From the IMG/VR virus record IMGVR_UViG_3300042544_001590, positions 124,001-188,000 of that record: a DNA stretch of 64,000 bases; one strand, 5' to 3'. Under the pieces are notes generated by a model that was given only the letters and a program-made list of their open reading frames with translations, was not told where the DNA came from and ran no database searches. Made by a program: the position numbers and the translations under genes. Shown piece by piece: positions 18,936 to 28,699 of the stretch; position 1 is the stretch's first letter, and each line of letters starts with the position of its first letter.

Positions 18936-18938
18936 ATT

Positions 18939-19475
18939 ATGATGAACGAATATAAAATAATGTGGGAGCAATTCTTGAAAGAATCTCCATGGGCGACTTC
19001 ACCGACACCCAATTCATTCAATGATAGAATGGAAAATTTCGACACCAATATTATCGGATCATATGATAATATTGGTAATTTTGAAGATTATGAGGTTTAT
19101 CAAAATGATAACGGGAACGAATTATTCTTCATGCTTGGGGATGATTTTGTTGCTTATTATCGATACGAGATTGATGATAGAAATGTTTGTCACACTAAAA
19201 TGACTTGGAATCACAAGAACCACCAAGGAACGTTTCTCAAGTTGTTTGGGGAATACTTGATACCGAAATTTAAAATAATTGAATCTGATGATATGATGAC
19301 ACCTCAAGCATTTTCCATGTGGCAGAAGTTGATCGGACATTATACGGATTATAAATATTACGTTAAAACCGGAGACGAACTTATACCAATTGACAATCCA
19401 TATGAAGTGCATAATTATTCAGAGAAATTGGCGATAAACGGAAAATCAAACTCAACATTTTTAGTAACTGTATGA
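18939..19475 (+). CDS. hypothetical protein
   Basis: 178 aa; N-terminus MWEQFLKE-SP. Confidence 0.65.
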   Translation: MMNEYKIMWEQFLKESPWATSPTPNSFNDRMENFDTNIIGSYDNIGNFEDYEVYQNDNGNELFFMLGDDFVAYYRYEIDDRNVCHTKMTWNHKNHQGTFLKLFGEYLIPKFKIIESDDMMTPQAFSMWQKLIGHYTDYKYYVKTGDELIPIDNPYEVHNYSEKLAINGKSNSTFLVTV

Positions 19476-19729
19476 ATATTACACCACAGCAAGCATATTT
19501 AAAAGGGTTGACGGATGCCGAAGACCGAATCATCGACAACCTGATCAATCTCCTAAATGATTCCAAATATGACGTTCCGTTTCCCAACCCCAAGTTGGAA
19601 ATCGTGAGACATATCATCAAGGATCGCTCGGATTATTATCACAATCTTGCCAAGAGAATTAATAATATGGGTGGATCATTTAGAAAAAAATTGGCACAAC
19701 AAAAGGATTATCTTGACAACGCCAGATAA
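19472..19729 (+). CDS. hypothetical protein
   Basis: 85 aa coupled ORF. Confidence 0.65.
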   Translation: MNITPQQAYLKGLTDAEDRIIDNLINLLNDSKYDVPFPNPKLEIVRHIIKDRSDYYHNLAKRINNMGGSFRKKLAQQKDYLDNAR

Positions 19730-19740
19730 ACAATTAAATC
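19713..19740 (+). promoter_or_regulatory. TTGACA-N16-TAAATC promoter, 7 nt before ATG
   Basis: Direct motif match. Confidence 0.55.
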
Positions 19741-19747
19741 TACACAT

Positions 19748-20104
19748 ATGAAAGAAAACAAGCACATCGTAATCATCGACAATATTGGGCGCAACATCAT
19801 CGGCAAGCTGGTGAACGAAACCGACACCACCCTGACACTCCATAATCCGGTGATCGTATTTGTCCAGCCAGAACAAAGCGGACAGATTCAGGTTCAGAGC
19901 TTCCCCGTATTCTTCTTTGAGTTCATCAACAAGGACTTCAGGGGGCAAAACAATTGGACTTATCAGAAGGCTAATATCACCACAAGTGATGTTGTTCTAG
20001 ATGATAGGATTCTCATTCAATATGAGAAGATCAACACTCCTCCGGAGGAACCACAGGCGGCTCCAAGCGCATCGCCTAAAATTATTTCAATCGATTCTCT
20101 GTAA
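19748..20104 (+). CDS. hypothetical protein
   Basis: 118 aa, core-like codon usage, own promoter. Confidence 0.7.
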   Translation: MKENKHIVIIDNIGRNIIGKLVNETDTTLTLHNPVIVFVQPEQSGQIQVQSFPVFFFEFINKDFRGQNNWTYQKANITTSDVVLDDRILIQYEKINTPPEEPQAAPSASPKIISIDSL

Positions 20105-20370
20105 TGTCACCTTCTGATTTCGCATACTGGTTGACCGGATACTTTGAAATCTCCGATAGTAATAATCTGAGTCCTCAACAGGTTCAGATTATTCGGGATC
20201 ATCTGGCTTTGGTATTTGAAAAGGTTACACCCGATAGAAAGGGATATGAACCGTTGGATACCAGATCTACCGGATTATCAGCTATAGGATTGTGTGGACA
20301 ACCGCAAGAGATTGATTGGACGAAATTACCGAAAATGAAATCATATAAAGTAGAAACAAGATACTGTTAA
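20104..20370 (+). CDS. hypothetical protein
   Basis: 88 aa, FAYWLTGYFE N-terminus. Confidence 0.65.
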   Translation: MSPSDFAYWLTGYFEISDSNNLSPQQVQIIRDHLALVFEKVTPDRKGYEPLDTRSTGLSAIGLCGQPQEIDWTKLPKMKSYKVETRYC

Positions 20371-20373
20371 ATT

Positions 20374-21498
20374 ATGTCAAAAGAAATAGATAAAGAATTA
20401 TTCGCCTCCCTGAAATCGTTGGATGATGTGGTGCCTTATGCATCGTTCCTAAGTGAATCCACGCTGTCATCGGTTGATGATTGGATTGATACGGGAAGTA
20501 TGGTGTTGAATGCCCTGATTTCCGGTTCTCTATATGGGGGTGTCCCCAAGGGACGATTGGTGCAATTTGCGGGTCCATCAATGTGTGGAAAATCATACTT
20601 CGCATTGCAAATCGCCGCAAATGCCCAAAAGAAAGGTATGATTCCCGTCATCTTTGATTCGGAAGGTGCCATTGATCCTGAGACTGCCAAGAACTTCGGT
20701 TTGGATACCACCAAGGTCAAGTATGTGGGCTGTGAATCGGCGGAACAAACAAGAAACGCTATTTTCAAGTTCCTGACAAGTGTTAGGGAGAAGAAACAGA
20801 ATGGTAAGTTTATTATCATCATTGACTCTCTGGCAAACCTCAATTCTGAGATGGAATTGAAGAGGATGGATAAGGATTCCACTTCTGCTGACATGGGAAC
20901 CTTCGCCAAATCGGTGAAGAGTCTGTTGAAGACTTGCACCAATATGGGAACCTTAACAAAGACTCCGATCATCATCACCAACCATGTGTATGATGATCCT
21001 AGCCAAATGTATCCATCATTGGAGAAGAACATGTCGGGTGGTAAGTCCGCTGTTTATCTTCCATCGGTGAACGTGCAGCTTGCCAGAGAATTGGTTCGGG
21101 ATGAGAAAAATACCCAAGTTGTGGATAAGCTTTCCGCTTCCCAGAAGAATTACTCCGGTGTCGTGCTACACGCTCTGATCACCAAGAACCGCTTTGCCAA
21201 ACAATATCTGGAAGGTAAGATTTATCTCTCCTTTAGCAAGGGTCTGGACAAGTATTTCGGTCTTCTTGATATCATGAAGGGTATGGGTGTTGTCACATTG
21301 GATGGACAGACATACAGCGATTGGGAGAAGAATAAAATCGGCAAATATAAAACATGGTCGAAGGACATTGATTTATGGGAAAATAGATTGCTTCCAGAAC
21401 TTGAGAAGCGCATCAAAATCCATTGGGCATATGGTTCTTCTCCTGAAGACGATGATCTGGTGGCATTGGAAGAGGATGATGAATTAGATGCAGATTGA
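20374..21498 (+). CDS. uvsX: RecA-like recombinase UvsX
   Basis: IDTGS, GGVPKGR, AGPSMCGKS Walker A, IIIDSLA Walker B. Confidence 0.92.
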   Translation: MSKEIDKELFASLKSLDDVVPYASFLSESTLSSVDDWIDTGSMVLNALISGSLYGGVPKGRLVQFAGPSMCGKSYFALQIAANAQKKGMIPVIFDSEGAIDPETAKNFGLDTTKVKYVGCESAEQTRNAIFKFLTSVREKKQNGKFIIIIDSLANLNSEMELKRMDKDSTSADMGTFAKSVKSLLKTCTNMGTLTKTPIIITNHVYDDPSQMYPSLEKNMSGGKSAVYLPSVNVQLARELVRDEKNTQVVDKLSASQKNYSGVVLHALITKNRFAKQYLEGKIYLSFSKGLDKYFGLLDIMKGMGVVTLDGQTYSDWEKNKIGKYKTWSKDIDLWENRLLPELEKRIKIHWAYGSSPEDDDLVALEEDDELDAD

Positions 21499-21604
21499 AA
21501 AAGGTATCCACTTGTTTCATGGTGATTGCTTGGAAGTCCTCAAAAAGATTCCAAGCAATTTTTGTAATGATCACCAATCGCTATTAAGATTATCTTTCGG
21601 GTAA
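21488..21604 (+). pseudogene. truncated N-terminus of an N6/N4 DNA methyltransferase
   Basis: MQIEKGIHLFHGDCLEVLKKIPSN matches the typical GDCLEVL...IP start of beta-class MTases, then loses similarity and stops. Confidence 0.6.
21525..21563 (+). terminator. possible intrinsic terminator after uvsX
   Basis: 11-bp inverted repeat ATTGCTTGGAA/TTCCAAGCAAT followed by T run. Confidence 0.45.
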
Positions 21605-22215
21605 GGCATTGGTTTGTGTTTCAATTCACTTATTATTCTTTTACGGTCTTTTTTATGTAGAATGTAAACGTATCTATGTTTTTTCTTTATTTTGACCCTT
21701 TCATAATTGGGATCAATTTTAAGCAATTCTTCGCGTTTAATCGTGTTATATACAACACAAACACTTCTTTGATTTGTGAGTTTTCCATTTATTCTATGTA
21801 AATAACCTTGTCCAAGCGAAAGGTTATTACCTTGATATATCCAATTCGTTGCTTGATAAATAGTTCCTAAATGATTCGCCATTGGATCGGAATAACTGAC
21901 CAAAACTTTTATATTGGTATTTTTTCTCAACCAATCAAAGGTTTTGCCTATGAAATAGCTTTCACTATTTTTAGGTGCTTCATCAACAAGCCACAATCTT
22001 TTCAGTTCCAAAACATCTTTATTCTCTAAATTGGGGGTAATGGATTTAACAGTTTGTCTGCCAACGGGAAACCCATACACGGCAACACCGATCAAATTAT
22101 CCTCATCAAATAATCCCAATGAATACCTAGAAGGAGTCCAACTGTGGGAATAGTGGTTTTCCTTTATTAACTTTTTCGCCAAGTTTGTATCTATTAAATC
22201 AATCGTGTAATTCAT
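21571..22215 (-). CDS. Mom-like (GNAT-fold) DNA modification protein
   Basis: NHYSH, LIGVAVYG, LELKRLW, PKNSESYFI, VSYSD...H.GTIYQATNWIYQG motifs. Confidence 0.8.
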   Translation of the reverse strand: MNYTIDLIDTNLAKKLIKENHYSHSWTPSRYSLGLFDEDNLIGVAVYGFPVGRQTVKSITPNLENKDVLELKRLWLVDEAPKNSESYFIGKTFDWLRKNTNIKVLVSYSDPMANHLGTIYQATNWIYQGNNLSLGQGYLHRINGKLTNQRSVCVVYNTIKREELLKIDPNYERVKIKKKHRYVYILHKKDRKRIISELKHKPMPYPKDNLNSDW

Positions 22216-22226
22216 GATTCAATTTA

Positions 22227-23876
22227 TCACTCATTCAAAAACAACCAATGAGCATAATTTATGGGTTTTTTAAATCCACGATCTCTATACTCTCCGATGT
22301 TGTTGAGATGTCTGTCTTTATTGACCTGTTCGGTCATGTAACCCATGACACCTTCTTCATCTTCGGGATTATCTTTTTTGAGTTTGATTAGATATTTGGA
22401 TATGGCATCAATTTTTTCATAATCTGGATCATCATCATCCATCATTTCTCTTAATTTTTCTTCAATTTCTGGTGCCGACAATCCAGCAACTTCACCTTCA
22501 ATATTAATCTTCGGTTTCTTTACACCCTTTTCCTTTAATTTTTTTTCAGCTTCCCATTTCTTACCTCGTTTTTCATATTCTCCTTGACGAATCATTCTCG
22601 CGTCTTCTCTAGATTGAGCTTTTTCAGCCTTTTCATCATCTCTTGAAGATTTACTCACTATTGATAGTTTAAGTTTCGATAGAATATTTCTCCAGTTTGA
22701 TAATATTCCACTTTCTTCGTCAGTTATAATCCCCTCATTAACCAAATCATCCAGAAGACCATCATCCAAAGTATCATATACAGATTGATATCTGTCTTTC
22801 TTGAGTAGCATTTCCGCTTCGTTTTGGTATGAAGAAGTCTTTAAATTTCTTTTATAATATTTTAAAACCACTCCACCCGCATTACCCATAACATTAATTA
22901 TAAATTTTTGAATTTTTTCATCGGTGATGTCTTGATTAGATTCAATACGAGCCTCAATATTTCTCAGTACTTCATTAAATGTTGCTTGGGGGGTATTCTT
23001 CAACAAGTCTCTTTCATATTTGATGTTTTCTTGAGTGTCTAAACCCACACCTCTCATCTCTTCATCATTATCTTTATTCAAATTTGCAATTTGTTGTTTA
23101 TATGAAATCAACTGTTTTAGAGTATCCCTAAATATAGTAAGGGGAGTGTTGTTATCAACATCGAGTTCTGGTTGAACGAAATTTGTATCGGCATGATAGA
23201 TAGACGAAGTTATACCTTTTGGTAATTTTTTAGATTTTTTAAGTTTTTGAATTATTGAACGGGCTTTATTTTGAATAATATAAGCCTCTTCCATACTCAT
23301 ACCAAACATTTCTTCTTTTTTTGCTGTTGTTCCATATGCGAAATTGGAGCTTCCTCTTTTTTGGAAGTGCTTATCAGCATAATCATAAATATTTTTTTGA
23401 TTTAATAATTTTTTTGCAAATTGCTGGGACAACGCAATTTCTGGATACGCTTTCACTATCAATCTCAACATAAATTCTTGTTGTAATTGTGTATTATCTG
23501 CATTTTTTGGAGCAAATTTAGCATATTCGGGTGTATATGCTCTTGTTTTTCTACTTCCTATTCTTTCTTCCGGCGTGAGTGGTCTGATTGCTAAATCTTG
23601 AACACTTTGGTCAAACCCAACACTTTTATTAATTCCAATCTTTGCAAGATTCTCCGCAGATAAAAAATTGAATAAAGATTTGGTCACGTATTCCAACCTT
23701 CTATGTCCGAGAGTTGGGCTAGGTGGTGCTTTTGGGTGTCCTTTCATTATTCCCTGCACCTGTAAATATAAATTTTCAAAGTCTGGAAATTCATTTCTCC
23801 AAAAGGGACTAAATCGAGCCATTTCGTTCAATACCTGCACTTTTTCCACTAGATAATCAAAGCCGTAATTTCTCAT
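22227..23876 (-). CDS. large hypothetical late protein, putative head-internal
   Basis: TAAATA-N5-ATG; N-terminus ...VLNE-MAR. Confidence 0.7.
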   Translation of the reverse strand: MRNYGFDYLVEKVQVLNEMARFSPFWRNEFPDFENLYLQVQGIMKGHPKAPPSPTLGHRRLEYVTKSLFNFLSAENLAKIGINKSVGFDQSVQDLAIRPLTPEERIGSRKTRAYTPEYAKFAPKNADNTQLQQEFMLRLIVKAYPEIALSQQFAKKLLNQKNIYDYADKHFQKRGSSNFAYGTTAKKEEMFGMSMEEAYIIQNKARSIIQKLKKSKKLPKGITSSIYHADTNFVQPELDVDNNTPLTIFRDTLKQLISYKQQIANLNKDNDEEMRGVGLDTQENIKYERDLLKNTPQATFNEVLRNIEARIESNQDITDEKIQKFIINVMGNAGGVVLKYYKRNLKTSSYQNEAEMLLKKDRYQSVYDTLDDGLLDDLVNEGIITDEESGILSNWRNILSKLKLSIVSKSSRDDEKAEKAQSREDARMIRQGEYEKRGKKWEAEKKLKEKGVKKPKINIEGEVAGLSAPEIEEKLREMMDDDDPDYEKIDAISKYLIKLKKDNPEDEEGVMGYMTEQVNKDRHLNNIGEYRDRGFKKPINYAHWLFLNE

Positions 23877-23912
23877 ACTGTTATTTAGTCATAATAATTA
23901 AATAATGTTATG
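23874..23912. promoter_or_regulatory. bidirectional late promoter cassette CAT-N5-TATTTA-N11-TAAATA-N5-ATG
   Basis: Direct reading; same geometry recurs at 40374, 60227 and nearly at 56590. Confidence 0.7.
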
Positions 23913-24641
23913 ATTTCATTCTCACAATACTTTCTAATCAAAGAAGCGTTTGATACTGTCACCGAATTCATGTTAAATCCTGAAAATTCAGATAAGGATT
24001 ATGATGAACTTATTGCAGAATTCGAGGCATCAGGTGGGGAGGTCATCGGTTCCGGTTCGTTTGGTATCGTGTATTCCCATCCTAAGTGGCCGTATGTTCT
24101 AAAGGTTTTCTCTTGGGATGATCCTTACTTAAAATTCGCTAGATATGCTCACGATAATCCTCATCCATCTTTTCCCAAATTCTTCGGCAAACCACAAAGA
24201 GTAGTCCCCCAATTCACACGATACAAGGACGAAGCAAAACAATATTTGGCTAGAATTGAAAGGCTTAATCCGACTCCTGTTAATGTTTTGGGACTAATAG
24301 ATAATAATCTGATGCTTTATTTTCATTTGAAAGAAAATCCTAAATTAATACAAGATAGGACACAATTCATGAAATTGTCTTCCAAAGTTAAATCTTTACC
24401 AAAAGCTGTTTATAATCTGTTGGAAGGATGGTATCTGCTCCGCAGAGATTTACCTGATCTGAATCCCGATTTACACGGAGATAATGTGATGATGCGAGAT
24501 GATGGTCAATATGTTTGGGTTGATCCGGTCTGGACAGGAGATGAGAATATTGATAATCCTCTGACTGCCGCTATGACATCCAAGGATTACGAACCTAGTA
24601 ACATGCTTAAAGGAGGGAGAACAAAGTTGACTTCCCGATAA
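23910..24641 (+). CDS. protein kinase-like protein
   Basis: Gly loop IGSGSFGIVY, VLKVF lysine, catalytic DLHGDN, WVDP. Confidence 0.8.
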   Translation: MISFSQYFLIKEAFDTVTEFMLNPENSDKDYDELIAEFEASGGEVIGSGSFGIVYSHPKWPYVLKVFSWDDPYLKFARYAHDNPHPSFPKFFGKPQRVVPQFTRYKDEAKQYLARIERLNPTPVNVLGLIDNNLMLYFHLKENPKLIQDRTQFMKLSSKVKSLPKAVYNLLEGWYLLRRDLPDLNPDLHGDNVMMRDDGQYVWVDPVWTGDENIDNPLTAAMTSKDYEPSNMLKGGRTKLTSR

Positions 24642-24654
24642 GACATGGTAAGGT
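24627..24654 (+). promoter_or_regulatory. TTGACT-N16-TAAGGT promoter, 6 nt before ATG
   Basis: Direct motif match. Confidence 0.55.
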
Positions 24655-24660
24655 AATTCC

Positions 24661-25341
24661 ATGGAAAATACTAACGTCTCGTCCAACATCGCCATTTTTA
24701 CGGCAACAAAAGGTAATAACGGACAATTCCCATTAGCCCAAACAGCGTTGAAATTGAATCTGGATGAATTTATTCACCCAAAATTCAACAATCGCCAAGG
24801 ATTACCCAAGGTTTACAACGAATTCCTAGACTTGGCTATTAGGGAGAAATTTGAATACGTCATGTTCATCCACGATGATGTCCATCTGGAACACGATCCC
24901 CGCCCAAAGCTGGAGAAGCTGTTTCAGGAATACGATATCGTAGGTGTGGCAGGATGTTCCAAAGCAGAAATAGAGTCCCCCGCACTTTGGCACATCATGG
25001 GTGGGGGGTTTGGAGGTGGCTTTCTACATGGTGCGGTAGCTCACGGCAACGCTGATAGGAAGCACATGACGAGCTTTGGTGTATATCCCCATCGCGTGGT
25101 GATGATTGATGGTGTTTTCATGGCATTTAATCGGAAAGCGATTGAAACGGTGAGATTTGACGAGGCTTGCCCATCAAGCTTTCATTTTTACGATCTTTGC
25201 ATGTGTGCTTCAGCTTTAGAAAGAGGCTTGAAAATTGGGGTGGGGGATGTTATGATAACTCACGAGTCACCGGGATTGCGAGAATTTACAGAGGATTGGA
25301 AAGCTGGGGAGTCTTACTACCTAAACAAATATGGAAAATAA
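24661..25341 (+). CDS. GT-A (family 2-like) glycosyltransferase
   Basis: MFIHDDV, IVGVAG, IDGVFMA, RFDE...FHFYD pattern. Confidence 0.78.
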   Translation: MENTNVSSNIAIFTATKGNNGQFPLAQTALKLNLDEFIHPKFNNRQGLPKVYNEFLDLAIREKFEYVMFIHDDVHLEHDPRPKLEKLFQEYDIVGVAGCSKAEIESPALWHIMGGGFGGGFLHGAVAHGNADRKHMTSFGVYPHRVVMIDGVFMAFNRKAIETVRFDEACPSSFHFYDLCMCASALERGLKIGVGDVMITHESPGLREFTEDWKAGESYYLNKYGK

Positions 25342-25711
25342 AGAAGAAATAGTCCTCATTAAAGGAGAAGAGTGGAAGATGACGATGATTGATGCTCCTG
25401 ATTATACCGGAAAGTCTGATAGACTCAACCCCAAGTATAATTTTGAATACAAATCGGATTTTTCGTGGGGGGATTACACGAAAGTTATTTACGATTTTAT
25501 TAATGATAATTTGAAATCCGCACTGAAGAAGGATAATGTTGAAGACCTGACAGATGATGAGAAATTTGCCATTGCCCAATCAGCGGGAGTTCGTATGAAT
25601 AATTTGATGGTTGATGATAAATTCAAATTGCAAACAGAAAAATGTGGCATCATTAAGGATGGTGATAAGTGGGTGGTATTAACTGAAAATGAAGGATGGA
25701 TAATGAGATGA
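25331..25711 (+). CDS. hypothetical accessory protein
   Basis: 126 aa coupled ORF. Confidence 0.6.
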   Translation: MENKEEIVLIKGEEWKMTMIDAPDYTGKSDRLNPKYNFEYKSDFSWGDYTKVIYDFINDNLKSALKKDNVEDLTDDEKFAIAQSAGVRMNNLMVDDKFKLQTEKCGIIKDGDKWVVLTENEGWIMR

Positions 25712-25920
25712 GTGAAAAATTTGAAGAACCGGAATGGTCGAAGGAAGCATCGAAAGAATTTTCTAAAGAATATTGTGAAAAAGTTGACAAGTCATTTGTA
25801 GAAGCCATTAATCATTATTACAATATTCTCGGAGAAACTGATAAAATTGACATCAAAAGGTGTTTACAACAGTGTATAGATAATACCACCAAGAGTTACG
25901 GATTTAAAGTGAATGAGTGA
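25708..25920 (+). CDS. small accessory protein
   Basis: ATGA overlap start MSEKFEE; overlaps helicase start. Confidence 0.55.
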   Translation: MSEKFEEPEWSKEASKEFSKEYCEKVDKSFVEAINHYYNILGETDKIDIKRCLQQCIDNTTKSYGFKVNE

Positions 25921-27229
25921 AATTGATTTTGATTATTTTGAGAAAGTTCTGGTGAAGAACGCGATCACAAATGGGTCTTATCTCGCTTCCATCGCTGATT
26001 ACGTCCAACCAAAATATTTTACTGATAAAAATATCGCAAAATATTTTGAGATTGTCGCGGATTTCTATGAGAAACGGCAAGCTCTTCCCACATTTTCAGA
26101 GGTTAAAACGTATCTCACCACTGATGAACTCAAGACCAACTTCAAAAAGCTGATTGAGTCTTTCAAGGAGATTGATTCCAACCACAATGAGGATGAATTA
26201 TACGAGAATACGGAAAGATTTCTCAAGGAACGGGGGATGTATCACTCCATTTTGGAGTCAGCGGAAGAAATATCGGAAGGAGAAGCTGATACTGCCAAGA
26301 TCGTGGAGAAATTTGAGAAGATTGCGGGTATTAATCTCAATGTTGACAAGGGAATTGAGCTTTATGGTGATGTTGAGAAGGTTATTGATGACATTCTGAG
26401 TGATGAAGCTACCATTTCTTCCAAATGGCCATGGTTGGATGAGGCTCTTGGTGGAGGATTTCAAGAAGCTGGTAAGGCTCTGTATGTGTTTGCTGGACAA
26501 TCCAACATTGGTAAGAGTATCTTCCTTGGTAACGTTGCTGCAAACATGGCATCCCAAGGTAAGCATGTGCTTGTGGTGACTTTGGAGATGAGTGAAACGC
26601 TCTATGCCAAGAGAATTGCGTCCAATGTGACGAAGATTCCCATGAAGGAGTTCCGAAATTGTGTTCCCACGCTTAGACATGCTCTGGAAGAGGAACATAA
26701 GAACACTGATGGTAGAATTTACATCAAGGAATTTCCCCCATCAACGATTACTCCCAAGCAATTGGGAGCGTTCATCAAGAAGATGAAGGATTCTGGTATT
26801 AGGATTGATGCTATTGTTCTTGACTACATCACCTTGATGACTGCTGCTGGTGTAAATTCCTATGAGAAAGGCAAGAACATCTGTGAACAGATCAGAGCGT
26901 TGACGTATGTATTTAAATGCCCTATAATTAGCGCATGTCAGCTAAATCGATCTGCTGTGGGGCAAAATAACCCTGATATGTCGGGTGTTGCAGAGAGTTT
27001 GGCAATTGTCATGACTGCTGACGTTATCACATCCATCTTCCAGAACGAGGAAGATCAGGAAATGGGTATTATCCGTCTGGGAATGATGAAAAACCGATTT
27101 GGTATGCGGGGAATGGTTCAAGCCATGAGGATTGACTACCAAACGCTCACCGTTTATCAATCGGAGGAAGATGAGGAAGAGTTGATGAACGATGAAGAAC
27201 TTAGTCTGCTTGAGAAGCTTTCGGAATAA
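25913..27229 (+). CDS. gp41: replicative DnaB-like helicase (gp41)
   Basis: AGQSNIGKS Walker A, VTLEMSE, IVLDY, SACQLNR, MKNRFG. Confidence 0.92.
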   Translation: MSEIDFDYFEKVLVKNAITNGSYLASIADYVQPKYFTDKNIAKYFEIVADFYEKRQALPTFSEVKTYLTTDELKTNFKKLIESFKEIDSNHNEDELYENTERFLKERGMYHSILESAEEISEGEADTAKIVEKFEKIAGINLNVDKGIELYGDVEKVIDDILSDEATISSKWPWLDEALGGGFQEAGKALYVFAGQSNIGKSIFLGNVAANMASQGKHVLVVTLEMSETLYAKRIASNVTKIPMKEFRNCVPTLRHALEEEHKNTDGRIYIKEFPPSTITPKQLGAFIKKMKDSGIRIDAIVLDYITLMTAAGVNSYEKGKNICEQIRALTYVFKCPIISACQLNRSAVGQNNPDMSGVAESLAIVMTADVITSIFQNEEDQEMGIIRLGMMKNRFGMRGMVQAMRIDYQTLTVYQSEEDEEELMNDEELSLLEKLSE

Positions 27230-27253
27230 AAAACAATTTTACTAAATAATTAA

Positions 27254-27751
27254 ATGAATAATTATTTCAAAGAATTGGGTTTAATTTATGAAAATATTTT
27301 ATTAGAGGCAAATTTATCAAATAAAAATCTTTTTTATGGCTTAAAAAGTATGCTGGATGGTGGAGATGATTTTGTATTGTTGACTGATAGAAACATCGAC
27401 ACGGACAACCAACAAACTATGAGTTGTCAATTTATTTATAAAGGAACTAGACATATTAAAGTTTTCACAGGAGCATTTTTTGAAAATAAAAATTATAATA
27501 ATGTTTCACATATTACTGTTACTATATTTGAAGTAACCCCAGAGGGTAAAACAATATCTAAATTGGATACTAATGTATTCTATAATAAAGGTGGACACCT
27601 TGATCTTTCACACGATCCAGTAATATCTACGGTTGAGAATTTTGTAAAATATGTAAAATCAGTATTGGATAGGTCTGATAGGGATGGTGATGATGAAATA
27701 TTACCACCGAAATCTCCAAGCCCGATGAGTAAAAAATTGTTATCAGTTTGA
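27254..27751 (+). CDS. hypothetical late protein
   Basis: TAAATA-N5-ATG; N-terminus ...IYENILLE-A. Confidence 0.65.
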   Translation: MNNYFKELGLIYENILLEANLSNKNLFYGLKSMLDGGDDFVLLTDRNIDTDNQQTMSCQFIYKGTRHIKVFTGAFFENKNYNNVSHITVTIFEVTPEGKTISKLDTNVFYNKGGHLDLSHDPVISTVENFVKYVKSVLDRSDRDGDDEILPPKSPSPMSKKLLSV

Positions 27752-27765
27752 TAGTGTCCTTTGTA

Positions 27766-27793
27766 TTGATTTGTCCTGATCCCATGCTAAGAT
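27766..27793 (+). promoter_or_regulatory. TTGATT-N16-TAAGAT promoter, 6 nt before ATG
   Basis: Direct motif match. Confidence 0.5.
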
Positions 27794-27799
27794 TCCTAC

Positions 27800-28699
27800 A
27801 TGGAATCACCCCTTGACAAATTCATAGAGAATACTAATTATAGTATGTCTCGCGTATTTGCTTGGGTCAACTCAGATTTAGATGGAATTGGATCAACAAT
27901 TCTATTGGGAAACCTTTTCAAAAATTTTGAGTATCGCCACTGTTTCTTCGGTAAATTTGAGGAGCAATACCTACCATGGGCGAAGGAAAACGCGGATGAT
28001 TATGATAAAATCTTCATCGTTGGCATGGTCTTGGATCAAAATCTAATCAAAAAGATTGATGATCACCGTGTCGTGTTCGTTTCAGACCGTCCCGATGACT
28101 TCAAAACATGGGATTCCACCAAGATTCAGGAAGAATGTTCATCTTGCACCAAGATGTTATATAAAAAATTCAAGGAAAAGGTGGAATTTACTAAAGATTT
28201 GAAGAAATTTTTCCTTTACGTTGACGATTATAATTCATATGATCTGAAACATGAGGAAACCAAGTATCTTAATGCTCTTTACCGCAAATCAGGGGGAAAT
28301 CGCTTTATTAATTTTGTAAATCGCTTCTGGAACGGGTTTGATGGGTTCACCACTACCGAAGTTAAGCTTGCTGAAGATTTTTTTGAGAGATTAGACGATG
28401 AATTGGTTGATATTACATTATATTCAGGAGAGTGGGAAGGATATAAGGTCATCTCCACGATTTCCAAGTTCTCCGTGAATGAATTATCCCATGCCATCAT
28501 GGAAAATTACCAAGGAGACGCTGTGATTGTAATGAATGCGGATACTCAATTTGTATCTTTTAGGAAATACAAAGGATCAGAGGTTGACATTGCGAAAATG
28601 GCTGGTAATCTGTGTGACGGTGGTGGCGGCGAATGGGCTGCTGGTGGAAAAATCACCAAGGAATTTTTGAAATTTAGTGAAACATTGAGAGAAATATAA
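27800..28699 (+). CDS. DHH/DHHA1-like phosphoesterase-fold protein (degenerate motifs)
   Basis: SDLDGIGS motif I, DDYNSYD, C-terminal GGGGEWAAGG (cf. GGGHxxAAG). Confidence 0.65.
   Translation: MESPLDKFIENTNYSMSRVFAWVNSDLDGIGSTILLGNLFKNFEYRHCFFGKFEEQYLPWAKENADDYDKIFIVGMVLDQNLIKKIDDHRVVFVSDRPDDFKTWDSTKIQEECSSCTKMLYKKFKEKVEFTKDLKKFFLYVDDYNSYDLKHEETKYLNALYRKSGGNRFINFVNRFWNGFDGFTTTEVKLAEDFFERLDDELVDITLYSGEWEGYKVISTISKFSVNELSHAIMENYQGDAVIVMNADTQFVSFRKYKGSEVDIAKMAGNLCDGGGGEWAAGGKITKEFLKFSETLREI

Noticed and set aside
25708-25930. Junction duplication ATGAGTGAAA at ORF 25708 and helicase start (also ATGGAAAATA at 24661/25331)
   Set aside because: Only 10 bp in AT-rich DNA; suggestive but not distinguishable from chance by eye
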